The notes under the pieces: generated by a model
Database searches by the model: none
What the model saw: only the letters and a program-made list of their open reading frames with translations
What the model was told of the DNA's origin: nothing
Part shown: positions 37,801 through 52,900 of the stretch, in pieces
How the letters are laid out: the number at the start of each line of letters is the position of its first letter
Numbering within the stretch: the stretch's first letter is position 1
Made by a program: the position numbers and the translations under genes
From: Bugula neritina
Lineage: Eukaryota > Animalia > Bryozoa
Reading direction: 5' to 3'
Length of the DNA stretch: 64,000 nucleotides
Assembly (NCBI GenBank): GCA_964035545.1
Contig: OZ037773.1
Location: 1,951,751-2,015,750, forward strand

Positions 37801-40800
37801 AACTGCAGGGCAAATATAATAAGCATGTTTGTTTTATCAACAAAGCTCGACAATTTTCTTCCTTTCTCTTAGCAAATGCAACATAAATTACTTGAATTTT
37901 CAAAAGAGATATAATTTTACTACTTCTAGCAGCATTTTTTGTGCATCTTTTTTATTTCTTGTGTTTAGTTTGGCATCTCGCTGTCAGAAGGTAGAAAGTG
38001 ATGCTGACACTACCTCAGCTAAGGTGAATCGGGCACTCACTACTCTACAGACTAACTTTGATGATTTGAAGAAGTTGGAAACTGAAGCTAAGGATTGTAA
38101 TTCACAGGAAGTGGAGGAAATGCAGGCTATGCAAGAACATCTGCAACAGTTGAAGGTATTTTTAAGTTATTCCTTACTAGATGTCATTGCATTCTGCTAT
38201 ATATACCATAGAACAGTATATCTTTTATACTATATACACTATACTATAGTATCTCTCTTATACTATAGACACACTATACTACAGTATCCTTCTTATACTA
38301 TAGACACACTATACTATACATTATACAATATTACATTCTTGTCTCATTCAGAGTCAAGTCACTAAACTCTACCAATCTAGTAACGAGCTTGTCTCTTCTT
38401 ACGGTGCGAACCTGCCACCAGAGGTCTCTAGTGCAATGAACTCTATACAGAATGTACACGAATCTCTCCTTTCTGAAATTCAGCAAAAGTCTGGACAAAC
38501 AGCAGAGTAAGTAGAATGGCCTTATTTTATTCTGATTGCTCTATTTTATTGTTATTGTTATATTTTGATTGTTATATTTCATTTTAATTGTTAAGTTTTA
38601 TTATAACTGTAATATCTCATTCTGATAGTGTTTTATTCTGACTGTTGTACTTTATTTTTAGTGTTATATTTTATTCTTGTTGTTATAATTTATTTTGATT
38701 TTAATATTATGTTCTGATTGTTATCTTTTGTTCTGATTGTTGCATTCTAATCTTATTGTCGTAGAATTATGGAGCAGTACAATGTAGTGCACACAATACA
38801 GCAGGACTTGGAGAAGTGGATATCCACCACTATGCAGACTATTAGTGGGGATGTAGTAGATAGTCAGATTGCTTTAACACAGCAGGTGAGTCATTAGAAG
38901 CCATACTTTGCACTCTTAACTCTGATTAGTGAGTTAATATCAGTTATAGACTATAGACTATATAGTCAACTATATAGTATAACTGCTATGCTGGTATATT
39001 AATTCACAGAAAGATCTAGAAGAACGAGTACTGGAATACAACAAGAAGCTATCAGAGTTTACCAGCAAGTCACATGACCTTGAGAATAGCCTCGGCTCCA
39101 AAGAAAGTCAGCGACTCCTTGAGACAGTCTCACATTTTCAGAAAAGTTTTAGTGGAATCAAGCAAGGTATTGGGAAGATACAAAGCAAAATTAGTATAAT
39201 AACTAATATTATAATAACTAATATCCTTGTTGGGGATTGAGACCAATGTATGACATCACTTCCAGGTGTTGACAGAAGACGCAGTCAAGTTTCACAACTT
39301 CTCACGGAAGAAGAGAATTTCCACTCGGACCTTAAAGAAGTAGAAGAGGTTCTTTCAGTTATGGAGGCGCTAGTTAAACAGGAAGTCACCGGAGTAAACC
39401 TTGAAAAGTGTGAAAAGTTGACCAATGAGTATCAGGTGTGTTATATGGTTGACCAATAAGCATTAAGTGTGTTATATAATTGACCAATGAGATACAACTA
39501 CAGTGCCGGGTTTACTTAAAAAAAGTAATACTGCCATTGATAAAAGTAAAGTACTAATCAGGACAGGCTTTACAAGCGGTCGTCCAATAGAATCAACTGG
39601 CAATCATTTAGTTATGCTAATAATACATTATCCACTTGCAGAATGAGTTGAAGAAGTTGCCACAGTTGGATCAGAAGCTCAATGACCTTGCCACCTTGTC
39701 AATCAGACTAGCTGACTCCTCCCACAATGCCAACACGTCAACTAAAGTTCTTGATCTCAAGAAAAACTGGGCTAGACTGAAAACTCTTGTCACACAGCAA
39801 GCAGGTTCTCTCAAGGTGAGCTATAGTGCTATAACTGGCAGGTGATCTCAGAGTATGGAGGTGTGACAGCTAGCTGATTTTTGTGAGGGTATGACAGCTA
39901 TCAGGTGCTTTAAAGGTATGGCAGCTAGCATGTGCTGAAATATGACAGCTAGCAGGTGCTGTAATATGACAGCTAGTGGATATAGAGTTATGACAGCTGG
40001 CAGTTACGCTTGACTTAAACAGGTGCTCCCAGGTACTCTACGAGATGATTTAATGTGTTTCATATTTAGGAGACAACAAAGCTGCTTCTAACAGCCCCAC
40101 AGTTAGTGGTGACTCATGAGGAATGGGCAGCCAATCAGCAAAGAGCAAAATCTGAAGCCGAGGATAGCCTTAGAGACTTGCACAGTAAAGTGGACGGCAG
40201 TGAGGTAAATGGAAGGATTTATAAAAGAGTTGGTAAAGTCCATGTATGAGTGTAGATAATTCATTGTATCTACACGTACGTAGTGATACACTCCACCTAT
40301 GTGCTTTAGTTGCTTGGTACTTGTAGATAATGCAAACAGATGGAGTTATGGAACAGTTGAAGGCCTACGAACTAGAGGATAGCAAGTTAAATGGTCTCTC
40401 TTTAAGGATAGACGAGCTGAGGAATAGGAAAGAGAAACTTCTAAGTGCCAGCGTAGATCCTCTCATGGTTAAAGATTGGGCAACGGAAATGAACGTAATA
40501 ATTCCAACCACTTTCTGTTATTGTCATTGAATTGTCATATGAATCTCTAACTATAGCTTTGTTTCAGTTACTATTGACTATACACATTTGCACTCTGTCA
40601 CTTTGTCAACTGTAATGTAATGCTTGTGAGTCACATGTTTGGTATGTCACATGCTAGCGATGTCATACACTTGTGATGTTTGCGGTGTCATGTAGCTGTG
40701 ATGTCATATATGTTTGTGATGTCATTCAACTGTGATGTCACATGTTTGTGGTGTGTTTACAGAAGATCAATGGCGAATTGAAGCAGTTGTACATGAAGTC

Positions 40801-43800
40801 TGAAGAGACACTGAAGAGACAGTCTAGTATTGTAGAAAAAGCTAACAGGCTGGCAGCTGAAGGAGTTAAAAGAGAGTGCATGTAAGTATTGGCACTGTAT
40901 CAGCATTGTATTAACAATAAGTCAACATTAATTCAATAATGAGTTGACATTGCGTCAACGAGTCAACGTTATGTCAATATTATGTCGACAATGAGTCACT
41001 ATTATGTCAACAATGAGTCAACAATGTGTCAACATTGTTATAAAATATACTGTGTATTTGTAGAGAGGACATCATAGCCCCTGTTCCAACACAAGTCCTA
41101 AATAATGGTATAGACCCAGCACCAGCGCCAGTGTTAGACCTAAGTCTAGACTCAGATCTCTGTGTAGAGGACGTCATAGTACCACAGCATAGTCAGCGCC
41201 AGTCTCTGGCTCAAGATAGTCAGGCAGCGAGACTTTTCACAGTAAAGAAGAACCGCGGCTCTCTAGAGGTTGTGACTAGAGTCTGCATATACTACAGTTT
41301 ATATTATATTACTTTATCTACATATTATATTACTGTTCATATTATAATACTCTATCTACATGTTATATTACTGCTTCTATTATAATACTCTATCTGCATA
41401 TATTACTGTTCATGTTATAATACTTTATCTACATATCTTACAAATTATATTATATTGCTCTCTATCTATACATACTGCAAGTTATATGTTCCTCTACCTG
41501 CATGTGTATGTACACACATGACTATAACACGTACACACATGACTATACATACATACATACATGACTATAACACATACTCACATGACTATAATACATACAC
41601 ACATGACTATACTACATACACACATGACTATAATACATACACACATGACTATAATACATACACACATGACTATAATACATACACACGTAATACAGTAGCT
41701 CAGTGCATTATATTGCAATACTCAATTGTTAAGGTGGAGGAGAAAATGCAGAAAATGATTTCTGAGCAGCAACATCTGCAGTCATCAGTTGCGGATGTTA
41801 ACAGAGAGATCACAAAGTGCCAGTGGACCTTAGACCAAGACTACCACACCACGGAGGAGCTTAAGCAATGTCTCAGTTCAATACAAGGCACTAAGGCTAA
41901 ACTAGGTGGGTGTATTTCTCTCTTTCTACTGTCTGTCATCTTCTATTGCAACTCTAAAGTAATGTCATGCTACTGGGTGTTATAGATGGCTTATCTAAGA
42001 TGGAAGGGGCGTCTCACGAGCCCTCCCTCCCCGTTCTGAAGATGAGTGTAGAGACGCTAGAGCTAAGGTGTCTCTCAGAGTTGCAGAGACAAGAGACAAA
42101 CGACAGTCTGTCACAGGAGCACCGAGACACTCTGGACAGCATCGAGGAGGAAGTGGCAGCATGCCAGAAGTACCTCCAGTATCTAGAGACAATGCCAGGA
42201 GGGGCTGAGGTAGTGTATATCTGTATAGTATCTCTCTCACTGTTTCAGCTCTACACTCTGTCTTTCTCACTGTTTCAGCTCTACACTCTGTATCTCACAC
42301 TGTTTCAGCCCTACACTGTGTTTCTCTCTATAACTGTTTCAACCCTACGCTGTGTCTCTCACACTGTTTCAGCTCTACATTCTGTCTCTCTCACTGTTTA
42401 AGCCCTACACTCTGACTCTCTCACTGTTTCAGCTCTACACTCTGTGTTTCTCTCACACCGTTTCAGCCCTACACTGTGCCTCTGGTTGTCTCATTGCAGG
42501 AGAAGCTGCCTGGTGTTGAACACAAAGTAAGTAAACTGCAGAGAATGTTTCAGACCCTCCAACTGATCAACCCCACTCTGTGTGAAGGATCTCTTGTCTC
42601 AGAGTATCTAGGCCAGCTTATGAATGACCTCCAGGCACTTCAAGGTCGCCTTGAGGTCATACCAGAAGAGGGAACATTTCAGAGTCATGGAAGAGAATTG
42701 CATACTTGGCAAGAACATATTTCTGAACATTTGAATAGACAAGAAGATGTAAGTTGTTAACATATACTTGCATACCCATGACCCACACATGTAAAACAGT
42801 TGAATACTGATCTTTATGATTTAGCATGCAGTGACTATCAATGTGATGCTGTGTAGTATGTTGATGAGCTGATACTTACTTTGGTTTCTGCGTCTTGTTT
42901 ATATAATATATATAATACTAGCAAACTATATTATTTTCTAATCATACATGTGTATTCCAACATCGAATTTTTTTTTGTTATTCTGAAAACTGAACAATAT
43001 GTGCTTCAATGGTTAGTTTTTAAGTTGTCCGAATAATTGTTAGAATATTCTTTCTAATGACTCATTCTTAGAATATTCATCATGATGACTCATTCTTAGA
43101 ATATTCATCATAATGACTCATTGTATAACCAGATGTACTTTCCTCACAGGACTCTGACCAAGAGTTTATAGAAAGTATCCTGGCAGAACTCTCTGCCTCT
43201 CTACAGACTCTCTTACAGTCTGACCAATCTGATGGCTCCATACATCCTACACTGGACTTTCTTTCTGTCTACAAGGAAGTGTTATCTGCAGCAGAAAAGG
43301 GTGTCAACCAAGATAGGTTGGTTGATGCAGAACAGGTTGATGATCATCGAGAGAATTTACAGGTTGGTGTATGGTAAACTTCTGGCTAGAAATATTGAGT
43401 TATTAGACAGAGGTTTTTTAATAGGAGCTGTCTACGCACTTCTTTCTACTGTTGCTATTTTCACAGCTAGTAAAATGATAGAGTTGTAACATTATACGCT
43501 AATACTATATGCTAAAGCTTTAGGCTGAGCATTGGCCAGTTTTAAACTATAAGTAAGTTTTAAGGTGCATTGAAATTATTTATGATCAATGTAGTCTGTT
43601 TTCTTATGATTTGTAGCACACTGTTTTTAAAATAAACTTGCCTGAAAACTGTTCTAGAAAATCTCCAATTCCTTAAAGTTTATAAAATGGTTAACATTCA
43701 AATCTTTGTGTACTTGTTCATCTGTTATCTAGAGGCCGAAGCTATGTTATTTTGTTATATAATAACAACAATAATGTGCAACATACAGTGTACGTGGTGT

Positions 43801-46800
43801 CTTTACAGAACCTGTTCCAGCTCTTTGAGAAATACAGATTGTATTTGGGAACTTTGAGTTTTTCCTCAAACGAAAGACAGCTAGAAAAGACAGTGAGAGA
43901 GCTCATTGACTCCACTCAGTCTCTACAGAAGTCTCTCTGGTGTCAGTCGGAGAAATCAATGAGGTTGCAGACGCTTACTTCCTGTCTCTACTCAGACTGT
44001 GACTCAATGCTGAAGTCACTCACTCAACTAGCTACTGACTACAATAACAATAAGACAAGTGAGTCACACATTGAATAGTGTAACTGCCAAGTCAATGTGC
44101 TCTTGTGACTATAACGTCTTTGCTTGAACTCAACTCTTTATTAACTGTTCTTGATTGTAGGCGGAGCTAAGCTACAGAAGTTGCTCGCGCCAATGGGGGC
44201 AGAATATCATGGACTAGTGGAGGCTGTTGATCAGCACCTATCAGAGTCTGTTCGAAGTCCAGAGTTACGAGAACAGACCAGGAGCATACAGCGAGTGTGG
44301 TCCTCCCTTCAGGAGCTGGTGATGAGTGACTGGTATGTGTTTATAAACATGGGAATAAATCACAGATACAAACAGATAGCCAGTGACTTCTGGCTGACAG
44401 TTGACATAGATTAGCAAGTGGTTGACACAGATTGACTAGTAGTTGACATAGATTAGCAAGTGGTTGACACAGATTGACTAGTAGTTGACATAGATTAGCA
44501 AGTGGTTGACATAGATTAGCAAGTAGTTGACACAGATTGACTAGTAGTTGACATAGATTAGCAAGTGGCTGGCATAGATTAGCAAGTGGTTGACACAGAC
44601 TGACTAGTAGTTGACATAGATTAGCAACTGGTTGACATAGATTAGCAAGTGGTTGACACAGATTGACTAGTAGGTGACATAGATTAGCAAGTAGTTGGCA
44701 TAGATTAGCAAGTGGTTCACATAGATAGCTAGTGCTTGACACAGATAAGCTGGTGCTTGACATACGTAAATTAGCAAGTGGTTGATGTAGATTAACTAGT
44801 GGTTGACACAGATCAGCAGGTGATTGTTTCTCTTCAGTGGACCAGATGATGAGGCAGTGAAGCTATACACTGAGTTGATGGAACACCAGAACTCTCAGAA
44901 TTCTGTTCAGAAAACTTTGGATCTGTCTGTCCCCCTCAACCTGTGCCTTCCCCAGGCTTTAGAGTTGCTCGTCGAGTTGGATATATTCAACTGGATATAC
45001 AAGGACCTCTTCAGTGATGGAGAACAAGTAGATTTAGATATCAAGTCGAGCGTTCTTTCCATCAAACCTAAAATTAATGCTATAAAGTATGTGTATTTTC
45101 ATGAAGCTAGGTATTTGCAGCATAATATGTACATGAAATATTGTATTTACGTTATATGTACGTACATGATTGCATATACTTATAGTAGAATACATACTTA
45201 CATTAACCGTAGAAAACAATGAGTAATTCATCTCCATATTATTAACACACAGGTCGAGTCTGCAAGAAAAGCTAAGGGAGTTTTCTCCCTCTGACTCTGT
45301 CACATTGTGTAAAGTATACACGTGGCTGGGAGATGTCAAACCATTCAACAAACAAATGACAACCATATCAGAAGTGCACAGTTTCTACCTTGACCTATTG
45401 GTATGTAGCTTTAGATCTATTGTCATTAGTTAAATACTGAGTATATACTTATTAATAGTTGTATGCTGAATATATACACAAGACATGGTCGCAATGTTAA
45501 TCTATATTTACTTTTATAGACCTACCAGTGCAATCTCAGTCAACGCACTTACCTAACTGGCCTGATGATGTCACTCATTGTGTCATGTGATTATGATGTC
45601 ATTGTGGCATCACAACACGCCCTCAAGTCTTTACACGACGCTAAAGTTGCAGCCAGCAAACAGCTTTTTGTCAGCAGTTCTCTCCGAGAATCTTATAAAG
45701 TAAGGCATGGTTTGGGCAGCATGATATTATTTACATATAAGTTACACCGTTTTATGATACTATATGGCTGTATAACATAAATTGGAATGTAGCAATGCAC
45801 TGCTGTGTAGTGTATCGGAATAGAATATATATTGTGTAAATGTTTCAAAATAATTTAATGTAATACAATGCTAGACTGTATAATTTGCTGTAATATAATA
45901 TTATAATACAACTCTATAAATTTTTATAATATAATACTATATGACTGTATAATACAATAAGATATATTACTACACAACTGTGTGTCATACTGTACTAGAA
46001 TATCATGCAACTGTATAATGTATTATATGACTGTCTATGCACTAGAATATAATACGATACAACCGTGTAGTATAGATATATACTGTACTATAATACTATA
46101 CAATTATAGAATGCACAATGCTCGAGTTAACATAATATTATTTTATGGCATGAGGTTTCAAGATATTCAAAAGGCAATTGCTGAATTTTAATTTAGAGAT
46201 ATAGTACGATGAAAAAAGATTTTGAAAAATGGATCAACGCAGTGAGCTGTCTATGCAAAGATTGTCCAATTGGATCCCAGCATTCTATCACATGGTTACT
46301 ACAACAGTGTGAGGTTTGTATATATTTCATATGTAACTGATTGAGGTCATGAATTGCAACTGATCGTATACTATGATGTCACACTATATACTATAATGTC
46401 ACACTATATACTATGATGTCACACTATATACTATGATGTCACATTACATACTATGATGTCACACTATATACTATGATGTCACACTATATACTATGATGTC
46501 ACACTATATACTATGATGTCACTTTTATGATGTAGGTGTTGCATTCTTCTGGCGTCAAATTGAAACAACTCAAAGAAGATTTTGTGAACGAATCAAAGTC
46601 ATTGAGCTCTAAAGAGATGTGCAGTCAAGTGGCCAGTAAAGAAGCTAATAGAAATATCAATGAACTTCTCAACAAACAGGTTCTCACTCAGCTTTACGAA
46701 ACTATAGGATCAAACTTACCTGGTTCTGTCAGTTCTTGGCAACCTTTTGTGGAAGTTGCTCAGGAAATATGGCTGATCCTAAGTACATGCTGAGACTGTT

Positions 46801-49800
46801 GATTAAATCTAGCACTTTAAACAGTCTGTTCTGGTGTCAGAAAAAATATTTTCTGATAGCAATTACCTCCGAGTTTTACGATAACAACACATCTGCATAT
46901 TTTTCCGTAGCCCGGGAGTGATGTATTAGCAAAAGTGATTGTTGGAACTAAGAAATGCATATTGTTAAGTTTAACGTCTGCTTTCTCGATTATCGATTGT
47001 TGAAATTCCTTTTGAGTTTTATGTTCTTGTACTTGTTTGGTGCACAGGAAGCATGTATGTTACAACTCAGCTCATTGGCTGACACCCTCAAAGCAGTGGA
47101 AAGTGGTTGGACAAATTTCAACAGAGTTTATGAGGAGAGTTATCTGACCCTGGATGACAAAGAGTCTCAGTTTGAGATGGTGCCCTGTTTATCTATCACC
47201 AACTGTGTCAAGGTATATATTAGTTTAATTATAATTAGTTTTATATTAGTTAATACTATACTTTGCTTCTCTCTGACCAACTTTGTCATTGTATATTAGT
47301 TTACGGTAGTGCTCTGTTTATTTCTGACCAAATTTATCATGGTATTTTACGGGAGCAGCCGTGGTCTAGGGGTTAGAACGTTTGTCTAGTAAACACGAAG
47401 GTCATGGGTTCAAGCCCTGACAAAAGCCATTGGTGATGTTAGGAAGAGCATTCAGTCATAATTGCTCCTGTGCCTCATTCAAATAAGTCCTTAGCCCGCT
47501 TTAACAAAAACCCTTTCTATCAGAGGTTTCTCACAGGGATAGTGACTATAAACTTGCGTGAGTTTTGTCATAGTATTTTAGTTTAACATATTACCCTGTA
47601 TCTGTGTAAATCACATCGTCAAGTTATATTAGTTTAATGCAATACCTTGTATCTGTTGGATTAACTTTGTCATAGCATATTACTCTATTGAATATTACCC
47701 TGTATATGTTAATCCTAGGAGTTTGAACGTCATGTGACTCACCTTCAACAGATACTGAATGGATCTGAAAGAGAGGCTGACAGAATTCAGTCCGTGGCTC
47801 ATAATCTACGACTCAGTGTGACGGTGCCTTCAGTTTTACAGGTAACTTCTCTTGTGTATTATATAATGTCTATTTTCACAGGTATGTTTTACAGTGTATC
47901 GTATAGTTCATAAGTGTATTATATAATGTATATTTTCACAGGTATGTCTTACAGTGTATTGTATAGTTCATAGGTGTATTATATAATGAATAGCCTATGG
48001 CGTATATATTCAGTCTGTTGTATTATATCATTACATTATATATCATATCACATTACATTATATTATAGCATATCATATATTGCATCGCGTTATAACATAT
48101 CATATAGTATATCATGTTATTTTATATTATGTAATATAATATGACATATATATTATGTTATACTATAACATATCTACATAATCAACAGACACTTGACAAA
48201 CAGACCAAGAGTGTCAAATCTAGAGAATCCAAACTTTATACTCAGAAGTTGCCACTGACTATTGAGAGATGGCAGAAAGCACAGCAGCTGCTTGTCAGAT
48301 ATGAAAAGTCATGTGACCACATACGACAACTACTTCAAGGTGCTCTATTCTATAGTATGCATGAGACCTAATACAGAGTGCTCTATTCTATAGTATGCAT
48401 GACAATTAATACAGAGTGCTATAATTTCCCAACATAATATTATAAACATGGCAATTAATCCAATGTACTTTCTAGGAGTTTTATAGGAGTTTCATATAAT
48501 GTTTTGTATTCTGCTCTCATCGTATGCTACATAATAAGCTTATTCTACTGTAGATGTCATTTCGTGCTTACATACTGATGACAGTAAGTTTAGCCCAAAA
48601 GATTTGGAGTTGTCTCTCTGCAATCATCAAAAGCTGCTACAGAAGGTCTCTTCCATTGACTGGGATGACGTGAAGAGACAAGCTCAAGGAATCTTTACAC
48701 TCACTAGACTCCGTCTAGACCATGTAAGATACTGTTGCTATACTTGATCAGTATTTTAATACTTCTCACACATGTCTTACCCTCGCTGTTCAACCAAGTA
48801 TCTGTAAATTCCTATACTTCTCTACTGTTATACTGATACATACTGTATTACTATATTACTATGTCTATATTGTTATACTCATACGTACTGCGTTACTATA
48901 TTACTATGTCTCTATTGTTATACTCATACATACTTTATTACTCTATTACTATGTCTCTACTGTTATACTCATACGTACTGTATTACTATATTACTATGTC
49001 TCTATTGTTATACTCATACATACTTTATTACTCTATTACTATGTCTCTACTGTTATACTCATACGTACTGTATTACTATATTACTATGTCTCTATTGTTA
49101 TACTCATACATACTTTATTACTCTATTACTATGTCTCTACTGTTATACTCATACGTACTGTATTACTATATTATTACTATGTCTCTATTGTTATACTCAT
49201 ACGTACTGTATTACTATATGTTGACAGGTTTCCCACCTGAAGCTGCAGGTCTCTTCTCATCACACTCAACTAGTTAGGAAAGTTTCCTCAATTACGGAGT
49301 TGTGTACTCGCCTGTCTCTCTCCGCTCAAACCATCCACTCTTTAGAGAACCGGCTGAGTAGGATGGAGAGAGATCCTTTGCTTACTAGTACTAGCACCAA
49401 GATGTCTCTACAGGTAGGTCTACTACATTGCTTACTAGTACTAGCACCAAGATGTCTCTACAGGTAGGTCTACTACATTGCTTACTAGTGCTAGCACCAA
49501 GATGTCTCTACAGGTAGGTCTACTACATTGCTTACTAGTACTAGCACCAAGATGTCTCTACAGGTAGGTCTACTACATTGCTTACTAGTGCTAGCACCAA
49601 GATGTCTCTACAGGTAGGTCTACTACATTGCTTACTAGTGCTAGCACCAAGATGTCTCTACAGGTAGGTCTACTACATTGCTTACTAGTACTAGCACCAA
49701 GATGTCTCTACAGGTAAGTCTACTACATTGCTTACTAGTACTAGCACCAAGATGTCTCTACAGGTAAATCTACTACATTCAACAGTAACAACTGCCTCTA

Positions 49801-49908
49801 TCACCGTTCAATGTTACCATCACTTACCATCACTAATACTACTACTGCTACTGCTATTACTACTGCTACTGCTATTACTACTGCTGCTGCCGCTGCTACT
49901 ACTACTAA

Positions 49909-49964
<56 letters not shown>

Positions 49965-52900
49965 TTACTACTACTACTACTACTAATACTACCAGTACTA
50001 CTAATACTACCAGTACTACTGCTACTACCAGTACTACTGCTACTACCAGTACTACTGCTACTAGTTTATAGCTTTAATTATTATCTTGTATTTTGACAGA
50101 AGAAAATGGAGAGAAACAGGAAGACACAGGGGCTGCTGTCAGCTCTGCTTACAGAGAAAGTACAAGTCGACAGCCTCAGGTTACAGACTTCACCCTTGTC
50201 TAGACCAGTCTCTGCAGACACCAGTATGTTACACTTTACTGACTAGTACCTAGTAGTTAGACACTTAGCTGATACCATGAAACACCTGAATGACACTTTT
50301 TTGTTGCTTTAGTTAATGGCATTGCAAGATTAGAGGCGCGGGTGAGTCACCTCTCCACACGAACAAGCAGTAAGTTAAGAAGTTTGTGTGAAAGAATGGA
50401 GACAGACGAAGAGCTCAATGAACTGCACAACCTCTACTCTGACTGGAGGAACAGAGTGACACACTTTGCTGCTCAGCCAATCACAGGTTGCGTAAATTTA
50501 GCAACTCCTTACTAGGTCATGTTAGTCAGACTAGTGAGTTACTGGCAGTTAGTGAGAGTTACTGGCTGTTAGTAAGTTACTGGCAGGTATAATCACTTAC
50601 TTTTGTTTTTCTGCAGGTGACGTGGCAGAGTTGCAGGCAGAGAAAGCCAGCTGTCTCTTCTACATAACTATGGCTGAAGTATACAAACTCTCTCTCACTT
50701 CTCACCCCTCTTTCCTTGCTGACAACCACCAGGAACTAGTAGGACTAATCCAACTGAGGGAACACAGTCTGAGCTCTTTGATACAGAAACACAGTTTGTT
50801 TGAGAGGCTGAAAGAGAAAGTGACTGACTCGCTGTTGCAGCTTGAATCTCAACTACTCTTGCCGGACGGCAGTTACGGCAGCCATGTTGGACTCAACAGC
50901 CGAGTCCCAAAACTCAAGGCAGCGTTTGAGCAGCACCAGCGGACATGTCTTGTCATGAGACAGATCTGCCAAGAGTTGCTGCCGCACTGTAATGGTGGAG
51001 CCAAGACTAGGCTAATAGCAGCAGTAGAGAGGTCAAGCAGTCGGTGGCAAGGAATTCTGTCTAAACTGATGTCACTTAGTGAAGAGTCAGCGGCTATTGT
51101 CACCAATTTTAGAAACTTGACGCATAGCCTAGTGTCTTTTGCTAAGGAGGTAGGTAGTGTGAGGCGGGGTACGGGCGGCCCCATACCTGAACATCAAGAT
51201 GACCTGCTGGAAAGACAGTCACAGGCTGATGTGTTTGACTGGAAGTTGGAGAAACTCAACACCAAGTACTCCGTTATAAAATTTGAGTTTACAACTCTGT
51301 GCTCTCAGGTGGAGCAACCCGCAGACATGGAGCTATGCTTTAGTTTGGGTAGACATCTGATGGAAGGCGCAGAGTTTATGGTAGCCGGTGTGAAACACGA
51401 GCTGAACGATAGCTTGTCTGTCTGGAACTATTTCATATCTGATGTCAACTCAACTCTCTTAGAAATGCACAAACTTGAGAAGCTGTATCTGAATGAGCGA
51501 CAATTAACGATTGAGGAGCTCTTGGAAGAGATGAAGACACAATATTCTGCTGACTCGCGTAGAGTCATACAGAAGGTGCATACTGGGGCATATGCTATAT
51601 TTACTTGCACTTTAGAATACAATTTAGTAATATACACTGTATATACTTACACTGCGGTAGTATGCACTGTAGTGGTAGACACTGTGGTAGTCTACACTGT
51701 AGTAGTACATACTGTATATACTCACACTATTTATATTGTAGTACACACTGTAGTAGTACACATTGTAGTGGTACACACTGTAATAGTATACAATGTAGTG
51801 GTATGCACTGTAGTAGTACACACTGTAGTAGTACACACTGTAGTAGTAGACACTATAGTGGTACACACTGTAGTAGTACACACTGTAGTAGTAGACACTA
51901 TAGTGGTACACACTGTAGTGGTACACACTGTAGTAGTACACACTGTAGTAGTACACACTGTAGTAGTAGACACTGTAGTGGTACACACTGTAGTAGTACA
52001 CACTGTAGTAGTAGACACTGTAGTGGTATACACTGTACTAGTACACACTATTATCATATCATCTGCAGGCGGAGCAGCTGGTCTCCAAGGGCACTCGTCT
52101 TCTCACTCTCACTAGTGACGTGTTTGGTTCTGCGATTCAGCACGGAGTTGTCTCTCTCCAGAGTGCTATCACACATCTCACTAGACTGTCTGCTGCTAGG
52201 GCTAGTAAACTCAAAGATACAATGTCAGCCATCTTAGAGTTTGAGTCTGGGATGAAATCCTTGAACCAGTGGCTCAAGGCCACTGAAGGGTCACTCAACT
52301 TCACTCCGGCAGACTGGCAGGAAGGCACAGTGCTAGCCAAGTACTTTGTTTCACTGTATAACATATATGATGTGTGAATATTCACTATGTACTAGCATTG
52401 GGATGTCTTTGTAAACTGTACATAAGCATCTTATTCTGTAGCCACCAGTACCTGAAACAACTGGAGAAAGAGATCTCTCACCACTCTAGAACTGTAACTG
52501 CTGTGATTAATCTCTGCAGTCTTCTGCAGTACGACAAAGATGCAGGATATGACATCACCGTCAAACAGGAGTTGTCTGCCGTCAAAGATAGGCTCAAGAG
52601 TCGCTGGAAAAAGCTGTGCGAAAAGGTAGATGAGAATCTGGTGGTTTGTCTTTGTTCTTCTGTAATTAATTGTTGAATACTTCAGTAAATTACAGTTCAA
52701 TTAATTATATCTGTAGATTGCATTCTAACTAAAAAAATTTCTGGATTACATTCTTATTAATTTTCTGTAGATTACATTTTGGTTATTATTTTCTGCAGAT
52801 AATCACTAAGAAAGAACAACTGTATGATCTTGATCAAGTCTGGTCACAGATGAGATCTCAAACAAGCTCATTGATCTCTAAGCTGCTAGAATACAAAGAG

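Noticed and set aside
49378-49780. CRISPR-like array
   Set aside because: No unique spacers, eukaryotic context and no cas genes; it is a plain tandem duplication.
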